From the NCBI GenBank assembly GCA_013823625.1, contig PNMM01000002.1, positions 577,061-641,060 on the forward strand: a DNA stretch of 64,000 nucleotides. The letters run 5' to 3'. The notes under the pieces are model-generated. The model had not been told where the DNA came from and made no database searches. It saw nothing but the letters and a program-made list of their open reading frames with translations. Shown piece by piece: positions 9,692-18,516 of this stretch. A program made the translations under genes and the position numbers. The number at the start of each line of letters is the position of its first letter. The stretch's first letter is position 1. The DNA is from Microbacterium sp. (GTDB taxonomy: Bacteria; Actinomycetota; Actinomycetes; Actinomycetales; Microbacteriaceae).

Positions 9692-9732
9692 GATGACTCT
9701 GCCGAGGCGAGAGTCATAATCGGGAGGTTCGA

Positions 9733-9957
9733 TTAGTCGTCGCTGACGACAGCCCACACGACGAGGCCAGCCACCACCACGGCCGCAGCCGTCGCGCCGA
9801 TAATCCACGGCACCGGGTTATCGCGGTATGACTTCTGAACGCGGCCAGCGAGCTCGCCCGCTTGCTTCTTCACGTCGAGCTTCTCGTCGATGGCGTCGAG
9901 CGTCTGCTCGAGACGGGCGCGCGTGGCCGCAACCGTGTTGGCAACGGTGTCGCTCAT
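9733..9957 (-). CDS. DUF3618-like protein with C-terminal membrane anchor
   Basis: 74 aa. An N-terminal amphipathic region (RARLEQTLDAIDEKLDVKKQAGELAG) is followed by one TM helix. The start overlaps the upstream stop (ATGA). Confidence 0.6.
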   Translation of the reverse strand: MSDTVANTVAATRARLEQTLDAIDEKLDVKKQAGELAGRVQKSYRDNPVPWIIGATAAAVVVAGLVVWAVVSDD

Positions 9958-10376
9958 GATGCTCCTCGCTTTCTGAGTCCGCGCACGACGCGAACATCTT
10001 CTTTGACACTCTCAATGGTCTCGGTGGGCACCGGCGGCACCCCGTGCTTCAACTGGCCAACACCGATCGCCGCAGCGAGGCCCGCCAAGAGCAGCAGTGC
10101 CCCGCCCACGACGAGCGCTGCCGCCCACGCGGGAAGCACGAGGGCGAGAGCGAGCACTCCGGCCGCGGTCAGCACGAGGGTGGCGAAGAATGCAAAGACG
10201 CCGGCGGTCACGAGAAAACCCGCGCCAATGCCCGCGGCCTTGAGCTTGCCCACGATCTCGGCCTTGAGCGACGCGATCTCGGCCTCAATGAGCTCACGAA
10301 TGAGCCCCGGAATGTCCGAGATCAGCTGAAAGAGGCCTCGGCGCTGGCGCGTCGTGCTCGACGGTGTCTGGCTCAT
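9954..10376 (-). CDS. Actinobacterial 'holin-X' (Phage_holin_3_6-like) membrane protein
   Basis: 140 aa. LISDIPGLIRELIEAEIASLKAEI is followed by two long hydrophobic helices. It overlaps both neighbours by 4 nt. Confidence 0.6.
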   Translation of the reverse strand: MSQTPSSTTRQRRGLFQLISDIPGLIRELIEAEIASLKAEIVGKLKAAGIGAGFLVTAGVFAFFATLVLTAAGVLALALVLPAWAAALVVGGALLLLAGLAAAIGVGQLKHGVPPVPTETIESVKEDVRVVRGLRKRGAS

Positions 10377-10690
10377 GACGAGGCGGCAGTGCCGCTCTTC
10401 GTCGCGGGCTTCTTGGCGGTGGTCGGCTTGGCGGGCGTGGGCTTCGTGCTCGACCCCCGACCGGTTACCTGGCCGACGAGGTTCTTGGCGCCGTCGGTGA
10501 CAAACTCGGCAACCTCGGGGGCCTTCTCCTTGACGAAGTCTTCAACCTGGTCGACACGCTGCTGCACGCGCGGGTCGTTCCAGAAGCCCTTCACGGCTCC
10601 CTTGAGTTGTTCGTAGCGCTCGCGGCCGGCACGGGTGCCCAGCACGTAGCCAACGGCGAGGCCGGCGGCGAACAGGATCTTGCCTCTCAT
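10373..10690 (-). CDS. YtxH-domain membrane-anchored protein
   Basis: ORF 10373-10855, trimmed to ATG 10690 (MRGKILFAAGLAVGYVLGTRAGRERY...) with a GAGGAG RBS. It has a Lys/Pro/Thr-rich tail. Confidence 0.6.
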   Translation of the reverse strand: MRGKILFAAGLAVGYVLGTRAGRERYEQLKGAVKGFWNDPRVQQRVDQVEDFVKEKAPEVAEFVTDGAKNLVGQVTGRGSSTKPTPAKPTTAKKPATKSGTAASS

Positions 10691-10799
10691 GACGCACTCC
10701 TCACGCTGCACGGCATCGATTGGTAGGCCGTGACAACACCCCCAGCGTAGCCCGCTTGAGTAGGTGGGTGCAGGGCGCTGCCACGACGCACGGCAGGCC

Positions 10800-12116
10800 C
10801 TAGGCTTCGACGGCCGTCGCGCCGATCGACTCGGCGACGGCTCGAGCGTGCGCAATGACCCGGCCGAGTTCGGGGCCGGCCACGTGCTCGCCGACCACCG
10901 CGATGCTGCGGTCGGTGGTCACCGCACCGGCGCGCATCCAGGTGGCGACCGCGGCGTCGAGCACTGCGCTGCTCGGGATGTCCGCTCCCAGCAACACGCC
11001 CGCATCGAGACGCGCCTGCTCAACCGTGGCGGGTTGCCCATACCGCAGCCGCACAATCTCGCGGCCGTCTGCGGCCTCGCGCACGTGGTTCCACTGTGCT
11101 GACAGGTGGGTGAGACTGCGCGCCGCAACGTCACTTCCGCGCGCCACGAGCACGCCCGCGTCGCGCGGTGCCCCCACGAGCAGGCCGGCGTCGAGCGCGA
11201 GAGTCACGACACACTCGAGCGCAGATTCCGCTCGACTCGTCTCTGCCGACGTCACGAGCTCGGGTGCCGCCACCACCACGACGCCGTGGCGAACCTCGGG
11301 CTCGGCCGTCTCGTCGGTGGCAGCGATCACGACGTGGTCAGGGTACGCCTCCGCAACCCGCACGCCGTAGTCAATCGGCACACCAAAGCGATTCAGATCG
11401 GCCAGCAGTGCGTCGACGAGGGTGCTCATCCCGCCCTCGAGCAAGCCCGTTGCGTCGTCGAGAACGGCGTCGTCGTCCACCTCGAGCCGCATGCGTGCGA
11501 CCGCGCGGCCGAGCGAGTTTTCGCGCAGAAGGTTATGTACGAGTCCCGGCACGGCGGTCACGGGCACCTCGTCCGGGTGCGCTCCGCGCACGGCCTCGAC
11601 GACCGGAGCGACGAGTCGCTCGAGCACGCCGTCGCCCATGCGCCGACGCACGAGCGCGCCCAGGGTGGGTGCCTTGGCGCCGACGGGGCCCGGCAGTAGG
11701 GCATCCATGAGCCCACGCCAGCTCGCTTGTCGGCCCACAATGCGAGCCACGTCGTCGGTCATCGTCGTCATCGGAATCCCGAGCACGCTCGGCACGGGCA
11801 GCGGCACGGTCTCGCCGGCGACGGTGTGCAACCATCGACGCTCAGCGAGGGGCGACTGCACGCGCGGGGTACGCCCCATGCGCTGCAGGTATCCGGTCAC
11901 GACGCCGTCGTCGAGCGAGAACTGGGCGGCGCCCGCGTCGATCGTCATGCCATCGAGCACCTCGGCGCGCACCTGGCCGCCCGCTCGCGACGACGCCTCG
12001 AGCACCCGCACGCGGTAACCCTGCAGCACGAGCTCGCGCGCGACGACGAGCCCGGCCACGCCAGCACCCACCACGATGACATCGAGTGTTTCGTCAGCGG
12101 CAGGGCGTTCAGGCAC
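10800..12116 (-). CDS. hemY: Protoporphyrinogen/coproporphyrinogen III oxidase (HemY/CgoX family, FAD-dependent)
   Basis: 438 aa. Has the dinucleotide fold LDVIVVGAGVAGLVVARELVLQGYRVRVLEASSRAGGQV. Size and layout fit HemY. Confidence 0.7.
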   Translation of the reverse strand: MPERPAADETLDVIVVGAGVAGLVVARELVLQGYRVRVLEASSRAGGQVRAEVLDGMTIDAGAAQFSLDDGVVTGYLQRMGRTPRVQSPLAERRWLHTVAGETVPLPVPSVLGIPMTTMTDDVARIVGRQASWRGLMDALLPGPVGAKAPTLGALVRRRMGDGVLERLVAPVVEAVRGAHPDEVPVTAVPGLVHNLLRENSLGRAVARMRLEVDDDAVLDDATGLLEGGMSTLVDALLADLNRFGVPIDYGVRVAEAYPDHVVIAATDETAEPEVRHGVVVVAAPELVTSAETSRAESALECVVTLALDAGLLVGAPRDAGVLVARGSDVAARSLTHLSAQWNHVREAADGREIVRLRYGQPATVEQARLDAGVLLGADIPSSAVLDAAVATWMRAGAVTTDRSIAVVGEHVAGPELGRVIAHARAVAESIGATAVEA

Positions 12117-12142
12117 GGTGTCAGCGTATTCGCGAGGCGGGG

Positions 12143-12556
12143 TTAGAGGGCGACGCGCTCAAGAATCACGAGCAGGGCAAGCCCATAGGCCTCGGGCGCC
12201 GACACGTTCTCGACCGTGTGCTCAGAGCCATCGAGTTCGATCGTGACGCGGTAGCCCTCGCCCGTGCGATCGAGTCGCCGAAAGGCCGTGCGCAAGAGGT
12301 CGCGCAACTGGTCTTCGCGCGGCAGCCACAGGGCATCGTCGACCTCGACCGAGTCAAGCGCCCACTCGGTGGTGCCATTGAAGCCCAGCGCGGTGCCCGT
12401 GGGGTACTCGTGCGCCTCAATCGTGAGCTCGCTGATCGTGAAGACATCGGCGTCGAACTCGTGGCGGTCGATCTGAAAGCGGTCACCCGAGGCGGGCTTC
12501 CAGCGCAGTCCCGCGTCGCGCAATTGTCGAGCGAGCCCGGTGCTGATCATGCGCAC
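12143..12556 (-). CDS. Hypothetical cytosolic protein
   Basis: 137-aa ORF with good third-position GC and no recognisable motif. Confidence 0.45.
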   Translation of the reverse strand: MRMISTGLARQLRDAGLRWKPASGDRFQIDRHEFDADVFTISELTIEAHEYPTGTALGFNGTTEWALDSVEVDDALWLPREDQLRDLLRTAFRRLDRTGEGYRVTIELDGSEHTVENVSAPEAYGLALLVILERVAL

Positions 12557-12619
12557 ATGGTGCCACGAGCACCCGAGTATGCGGTGAGCGTGCGGCAGGC
12601 TCGGGATGCTCGGCGCGCG

Positions 12620-13453
12620 TTAGTGCACAAACTCGAGCAGATCGAGGCCAAACGCGCGCAGGGCATCCATGACGCGAAGCCGCCGCGGCAGGTCAGTGTC
12701 ATCGAAGTGCACCGAGACGGCGTAGGCAACGCCCGCTCGCGGGCCGCGGAGAATTCCCGCCTCGCTGCGCACACCCACATCGGTGCCCGTCTTATTGACC
12801 ATCCACGTGTTGTGCTCGACGCCCCGGTGCGACAGGGGGTCGCGGCCGAACGCGCTTGCGACCATCGAGAGGTCGGCGTTGAGCGAGAGCCAACTGAGCA
12901 CGCGCTGGCTCGTCGTCGGGTCGATGATGTGGCCGTTGGCGAGGGCCTGAAAGAGCCACGCGAGCTCGGCGGTCGAGCCCACCGATAGCTGCGGGGCATC
13001 ATCGGGCCCGCGAACGTCGCGCACGCGATCGAGCAGCGCCGTGCGCACGAGACCAAGCTTTTCGGTGCGCGACCGCACGGAGTCGAGCCCCACCTGTCGC
13101 AAGAGCACGTTGGTGGCGAGGTTGTCACTCGTCGCGCCCACGAGCGCCGCGAGGTCGGCGATCGGAAAGGCGGGAGCCTGCAGGTGCTGCCAAATGCCGC
13201 TGTCGGCCACGGCATCCTGAATCGATCGATCGGCGATGGCAAAGTCGCTCACACTGCGATCGGTGAGCCGCGCACTCACTTCGATGAGGAGCAAGATCTT
13301 GCCGATGCTCGCCGTCGGCAACACGATGCGCTCGTCGACAGCGAAGACGCTCTCGCCCGTCTCAAGGTCAACAACGGCAACCGAAACCCGCGCGCCCTCG
13401 TACGCCACGGCGCCGAGCGAGCGATAGGCCGAGCGAAAACTAGGCTCACGCAC
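12620..13453 (-). CDS. Class A beta-lactamase-related serine hydrolase (no signal peptide seen)
   Basis: ORF 12620-13558, start tentatively GTG 13453. All three class A motifs are present: SIGK (SxxK), SDN and KTG. Confidence 0.7.
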   Translation of the reverse strand: MREPSFRSAYRSLGAVAYEGARVSVAVVDLETGESVFAVDERIVLPTASIGKILLLIEVSARLTDRSVSDFAIADRSIQDAVADSGIWQHLQAPAFPIADLAALVGATSDNLATNVLLRQVGLDSVRSRTEKLGLVRTALLDRVRDVRGPDDAPQLSVGSTAELAWLFQALANGHIIDPTTSQRVLSWLSLNADLSMVASAFGRDPLSHRGVEHNTWMVNKTGTDVGVRSEAGILRGPRAGVAYAVSVHFDDTDLPRRLRVMDALRAFGLDLLEFVH

Positions 13454-13521
13454 GTCTGAAAGGTGGCGCGCTCGTCTCGGGGTGCCCGCGCGGGCACCCC
13501 GATCACGAATGAGCGGGCCGT

Positions 13522-15483
13522 CTACCAAATGGTGACCCGCTCGTCGGGGGCGAGCCACAGGGCATCGTCGGGCGTCACCTCGAACGCGTCGTAGAACGCA
13601 TCGATGTTGCGCACGATCTGGTTGCAGCGGAACTCGTTGGGCGAGTGCGGGTCAATCGACAGAAGTCGCAACGCTTCTTCGGGGCGAATCGCGATTTGCC
13701 ACGCCTGCGCCCACGAGAGGAAGAAGCGTTGGGATGCCGTAAGCCCGTCGATCACGGGCGCCTCGGTGCCGTCGAGCGACAGCAGGTAGGCCTTCCACGC
13801 GATACCAAGGCCGCCAAGGTCACCGATGTTCTCGCCGATCGTGAGCGCACCGTTAACGTGGTGGCCAGGCGTCTCAGCCGGTTCGAGCGCGTCGTACTGC
13901 GCGATCAGCGAAGCGGTGCGCTCTTCGAACGCGGCACGGTCGGCCTCTGTCCACCAGTCGTGCAGTCGGCCGTCGCCGTCGAAGCGCGAGCCCTGGTCGT
14001 CAAACCCGTGCCCGATCTCGTGGCCGATGACCGCGCCGATGGCGCCGTAGTTGGCCGCAGCATCCCGACCCGCATCGAAGAACGGGAACTGGAGGATGGC
14101 CGCGGGGAACACGATCTCGTTGAAACCCGGGTTGTAGTAGGCGTTGACCGTCTGCGGGGTCATGAACCATTCATCGCGATCGATGGGTGAGCCGATCTTC
14201 TTGAGCTCGCGCGCGAACTCGAACTCACCCGCCGCTTGCACGTTGGCGAGCAGGTCGGTCGCATCGATCTCGAGGCTCGAGTAGTCACGCCAGCGCTCGG
14301 GGTAGCCGATCTTGGGGGTGAACTTCGCGAGCTTGTCGAGGGCGCGAGCGCGGGTTTCGGGGGTCATCCACTCGAGCGTCTCGATGCTCTCGCGGTAGGC
14401 CTCGATGAGGTTGGCGACGAGGTCGTCCATCGCCGCCTTGGCCTCGGGCTGGAAGTGGCGCTCGACGTAGACCGCGCCGACGGCCTCACCCATCGCGCGC
14501 TCGACAAAGCCGACGCCGCGCTTCCAGCGCGCGCGCAACTCGGGAGCACCCGTGAGCGTGCGGCCGTAGAAGGCGAAGTTCTCGTCGACGAACGCGCTCG
14601 AGAGGTAGGGCGCCATCGAGCGCACGACAGAGAGTCGCAGCCAGTCGCGCCACTCGTCGAGGTCGCGGCCCGTCAGCTCAGCAGCGAAGCCCGAGGTGAA
14701 GTCGGGCTGACGCAGCACCACTTCGGCGAGCGCCGTTGCCGGAATGCCGTACCCCTCGCGCCACAGGCCGAGGTCGACCCCGGCAGCACTCTCGGCCCAG
14801 TCGTTCCACGAGCGCAAGTTGTAGGTGGCTTGAGCGTCACGGTTGCGCACGTTGTCCCAGTGGTGAGCCGCGATCGCGGTCTCAAGGGCGACGACGCGCT
14901 CGGCGCGAGCGCCCGCCTCGTCGAGACCCGCGAGGGCGAACATGCGCTCAACGTGCGCGCGGTAGGCCACGCGCGTCTCGGCGTGGGCGTCGTCGCGGTA
15001 GTACGACTCATCAGGCAGGCCGATGCCGCCCTGCTCGACGAAGATCAGGTAGCGCTCGGGGTCTCCCGGGTCGTTGTCGACGAAAAGCTGGGCGAAGCCG
15101 GCGACGCCGCGGCGCTCGAGGCGGCCGAGCGTGCTCAGCAGGGCATCCACCGAATCAATCGCGTCGACCTCGGCGAGCAGGGGGGCCAGCGGTGCGGCAC
15201 CGAGCGCCTCGACGCGGTCAACATCCATGAAGCTCGCGTAGAGATCGCCGACCTTCTTCTCGAGCGTGCCGGCCTCGGCGGCCTGCGCCTGCTCGATGAT
15301 CTCGCGCACGGCCTGCTCGGCCTCTTCGGCCAAGATCATGAATGAGCCATAGCGCGCCTTGTCCGCAGGAATCGGCGTGCGGGCAACCCAGCGGCCATTC
15401 ACGTGCCGGTACAGGTCGTCGTTCGGGCGAATGTCGGGGTCGAGTTCTGCGCGGTCGATGCCGCTCGCAAGCACGTCAGTCAC
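13522..15483 (-). CDS. pepO: M13-family zinc metallopeptidase (PepO / endothelin-converting-enzyme-like)
   Basis: 653 aa. Has the HEIGHGFD zinc motif, a later ENIGDLGG (ExxxD) and the NAYY motif. Confidence 0.85.
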   Translation of the reverse strand: MTDVLASGIDRAELDPDIRPNDDLYRHVNGRWVARTPIPADKARYGSFMILAEEAEQAVREIIEQAQAAEAGTLEKKVGDLYASFMDVDRVEALGAAPLAPLLAEVDAIDSVDALLSTLGRLERRGVAGFAQLFVDNDPGDPERYLIFVEQGGIGLPDESYYRDDAHAETRVAYRAHVERMFALAGLDEAGARAERVVALETAIAAHHWDNVRNRDAQATYNLRSWNDWAESAAGVDLGLWREGYGIPATALAEVVLRQPDFTSGFAAELTGRDLDEWRDWLRLSVVRSMAPYLSSAFVDENFAFYGRTLTGAPELRARWKRGVGFVERAMGEAVGAVYVERHFQPEAKAAMDDLVANLIEAYRESIETLEWMTPETRARALDKLAKFTPKIGYPERWRDYSSLEIDATDLLANVQAAGEFEFARELKKIGSPIDRDEWFMTPQTVNAYYNPGFNEIVFPAAILQFPFFDAGRDAAANYGAIGAVIGHEIGHGFDDQGSRFDGDGRLHDWWTEADRAAFEERTASLIAQYDALEPAETPGHHVNGALTIGENIGDLGGLGIAWKAYLLSLDGTEAPVIDGLTASQRFFLSWAQAWQIAIRPEEALRLLSIDPHSPNEFRCNQIVRNIDAFYDAFEVTPDDALWLAPDERVTIW

Positions 15484-15528
15484 GCGGGAGAGCCTAACCG
15501 CCCGGCCTGATCAGGGCATCACTGCCGT

Positions 15529-16755
15529 TCAGCCGTCGCTGTCGTGCGGGGCGGATGCCCGCCGCGAGCCCGCCACCGCCCCCACCAGTACGACCAACGT
15601 GAGCGCCGCCAGCGCCCCGGTCGCTGCCGCGACCCCCCACAGCGCTCCGCCCACGCCCGCAAGTGGATACGCCACCGCGTACCACGCGTGCGATGTCGAG
15701 AAGCGCGCGGCGAACACAGCCGGGCGATCCGCGGTCGCAACGTCTCGGCGAATGAGGCGCGCGCTCGGCGTGCTGACGGCCGACGACGCGGCGCCCAGCA
15801 GCATCCACAGCACGCCCAGAGCGATGAGGCCCAAGCCTCGGCCCGACTCGATGAGCGCGACCACCGTCAAGATGACGACGATGGCGACCGCGCCGCTCGT
15901 CATGACGGCTCGATCGGTCACGCGCCGCAGCAGTGCCGGAAGCACAAGAGCAACCGCAATCGAGCCGACGCCAAAGAGCGCGAGAGCGATTCCGAGAGGC
16001 GTTGCTACCTCATCGACGCCGCCGTCGAATCGCAAGGCAATGACCACGGTATTGACGAGCACGGTCGCGTACACAGCGGCGACCGCCGCGTCGAGCAGGG
16101 CCAAGAAGCGGGTCGACTCGATCGAGCCGATGAGCCGCACTCCGCGCACGAGCCGCGTGGTGAAGGGTTCACCCGTCACGGGGGTGCGCAACGCAAGGCG
16201 CGAGAGCAGCACGGCACCGAGCGATGCGGCGAAGCCCACGGCCGTGATCGCGAAGAGCCACGAGGTCGGCAGCAGGGTCACGAGCGCCGCCGCGAGCAAT
16301 GGGCTCACGAGCGACTCGAGGTCGTACGCGAGCCGCGAGAGTGACTGCGCCGCCGTGAAGTCATTCTCGTCGGGCAGCACTTCAGGAATGGCCGCCTGAA
16401 AGGTCGGGGTGAACACGGCCGAGGCGGTCTGCAACAGCACGATCGCCGCGTACAGCTGCCAGGCCTCGGTCACGAACACGAGGGAGAGCGCCACGACGAT
16501 GCGAACGGCATCGGCCCCAACCAAGATGGCGCGGCTCGAGCGCCCCGCGAGCAACGCGGTGGCGATCGGCGAGATGACGACGTAGGTGGCAATGCGAATC
16601 GTGAGCGCGATGCTCAGCACGACCCCCGCATCGTCGCCCGCAATGCGTGCGGCGAGCAAGGCAATGGCGACGGTGAGAATGCCCGTGCCGAGCAATGAGG
16701 CCACTTGCGACGCAAAGAGCGCCGCGAACCGACGATCACGCAGCACGGAAACCAC
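15529..16755 (-). CDS. MFS transporter
   Basis: 408 aa, about 12 hydrophobic segments. The N-terminus RRFAALFASQVASLLGTG is typical of MFS_3/EntS-like exporters. Confidence 0.75.
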   Translation of the reverse strand: MVSVLRDRRFAALFASQVASLLGTGILTVAIALLAARIAGDDAGVVLSIALTIRIATYVVISPIATALLAGRSSRAILVGADAVRIVVALSLVFVTEAWQLYAAIVLLQTASAVFTPTFQAAIPEVLPDENDFTAAQSLSRLAYDLESLVSPLLAAALVTLLPTSWLFAITAVGFAASLGAVLLSRLALRTPVTGEPFTTRLVRGVRLIGSIESTRFLALLDAAVAAVYATVLVNTVVIALRFDGGVDEVATPLGIALALFGVGSIAVALVLPALLRRVTDRAVMTSGAVAIVVILTVVALIESGRGLGLIALGVLWMLLGAASSAVSTPSARLIRRDVATADRPAVFAARFSTSHAWYAVAYPLAGVGGALWGVAAATGALAALTLVVLVGAVAGSRRASAPHDSDG

Positions 16756-16761
16756 GAGCGG

Positions 16762-17763
16762 CTACAGCCAGTCGCGTCGCTTGAACACGACGTAGAGCCC
16801 GACGCCGAGCAGCACCATGAGACCGATCGCGAAGGGGTACCCCCACACCCACTGCAGCTCGGGCATGTAGCGAAAGTTCATTCCGTAGACGGTGCCCACG
16901 AGCGTGGGAGCAAACAGGATGGCCGCCCACGAGGTGATGCGCTTGATCTGTTCGTTCTGCTCAACGCTGACTTGCGTCATGCGTCGCGTAATGAGTGTCG
17001 ACTGCACCTGCAGGGCCTTGTCGAGCAGGGTGCGAAACGCGTCGGCGCGGTCGCCCGCGCGCGAGACGTGATCGAGCACGTCACCCAGCAAGTGCGTGAG
17101 ATCACTATCGACACCGTAGGTGGGCCCTCCACGCTGCAACGCACCGACAATGCCGATGAGCGGCTGCACGGCACGCTGAAACCCGATCACCTCGCTCGAG
17201 AGGTCATAAATGCGACGGGTGAGCACTTCGTGTTCGGCGTCGCCGAAGAGCTCGTCTTCGATCTCGTCGATGTCATTCTCAAGCCCCGCGATGACGGGCT
17301 CGTACTCATCGACGACTTCGTCGAGCACGGCGTAAAGAATCGCCTCGGGGCCCTTCGCCAGCAGCTCGGGGTCGGCCTCGAGGCGGTCGCGCACGTGGGC
17401 GAGGTCGGGTGACTCGGCGTGACGCACGGTAATGACGAACTGCGGCCCGACGAAGACGTGCAACTCACCAAACTCGACCGTCTCGGTCTCGTCGATATAG
17501 CGCGCGGTGCGCAGGGCGAGAAAGAGAGTGTTGCCATAGCGCTCGAGCTTTGAGCGCTGGTGGCCCTTGAGAGCATCGTCAACGGCGAGGTGGTGCAGGC
17601 CAAACTCGGTCGCCACCGAATGGAGCTCGTCGCGCGTCGGACGGTACAGACCGATCCACGCGATGCCGCCCGTTTCGCGGGTGACGTCGTAGGTTTCGTC
17701 GAGCCCCACGACTCCGGGGCGCCGAAGCCCCTCAACGTAGACAGCGCTATCGACGACGGCCAC
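16762..17763 (-). CDS. corA: Magnesium/cobalt transporter CorA
   Basis: 333 aa with a C-terminal YGMNF signature between two TM helices. Confidence 0.85.
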   Translation of the reverse strand: MAVVDSAVYVEGLRRPGVVGLDETYDVTRETGGIAWIGLYRPTRDELHSVATEFGLHHLAVDDALKGHQRSKLERYGNTLFLALRTARYIDETETVEFGELHVFVGPQFVITVRHAESPDLAHVRDRLEADPELLAKGPEAILYAVLDEVVDEYEPVIAGLENDIDEIEDELFGDAEHEVLTRRIYDLSSEVIGFQRAVQPLIGIVGALQRGGPTYGVDSDLTHLLGDVLDHVSRAGDRADAFRTLLDKALQVQSTLITRRMTQVSVEQNEQIKRITSWAAILFAPTLVGTVYGMNFRYMPELQWVWGYPFAIGLMVLLGVGLYVVFKRRDWL

Positions 17764-17817
17764 GGGGGGCTCTCTCGATCGACACAGTCATGGCCGCTCC
17801 TTGCGTTGATGCCACGG

Positions 17818-18516
17818 TCAGCGCAACTGGCCGAACGCTTCGGCCTTCTTGATGGGGCCCGCGATGAGAATGGTATCTCCCGCCTCGATCACGGTGTCGG
17901 CATCCGCATTGCACCACTCTGTCGAGCCGCGCTGCACGGCCATGACCGTCACGCCATACTCCTGCCGCAAGTCAGTGTCGCCGAGGCGGATGTCTTGAAC
18001 AATGCGGTTGGGGGGCATCTTGACGATCGCGTAGTCGTCGTCGACCTCGATGTAGTCGAGTGCCGCACCGCGTACGAGGTGCGCCACGCGACGGCCCATT
18101 TCGTGCTCGGGGTAGATGACGTGCTTGACGCCCAGTTGCGACAGGATCTGCCCGTGGGCGTCGCTCACTGCCTTGGTCCACAGGTGCGGAATCTCCATGC
18201 GCAGCAAGATCGACGTGGTCAGGATGCTCGACTGAACATCAGACCCGATGGCCACGATCACGCGGTCAAACTCGTGCACCGCGAGCTGCCGCAGCACCTC
18301 TTCATTGGTCGTGTCAGCGCGCACCACCTGGGTGAGTTGCCCGTTGAGCGACTGCACAATGTCCTCGTCGGCATCGATGCCGAGCACCTCAGTGCCCGTC
18401 TCCATGAGCTCGAGGGCGATCGCTCGACCAAACCGGCCGAGGCCGATGACCGCAACCGCGTCGGCTTCGGCGATGCGCGTGGCGCGGTCGCGGCTAAAGA
18501 AGCGTTGATTACCCAA
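17818..18516 (-). CDS. trkA: Potassium uptake regulatory subunit, TrkA/KtrA family (RCK domain)
   Basis: Has the Rossmann motif VAVIGLGRFGRAIALEL and an RCK_C-like C-terminus. It overlaps the trkH stop by 8 nt. Confidence 0.85.
   Translation of the reverse strand: MGNQRFFSRDRATRIAEADAVAVIGLGRFGRAIALELMETGTEVLGIDADEDIVQSLNGQLTQVVRADTTNEEVLRQLAVHEFDRVIVAIGSDVQSSILTTSILLRMEIPHLWTKAVSDAHGQILSQLGVKHVIYPEHEMGRRVAHLVRGAALDYIEVDDDYAIVKMPPNRIVQDIRLGDTDLRQEYGVTVMAVQRGSTEWCNADADTVIEAGDTILIAGPIKKAEAFGQLR

Noticed and set aside
9954-10376. Prophage or lysis cassette suggested by the 'holin' family resemblance
   Set aside because: The window contains no endolysin, integrase, capsid or tail genes and no att-like repeats. 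Neighbours are heme-biosynthesis genes. The holin-X label is a family name, not evidence of phage origin.
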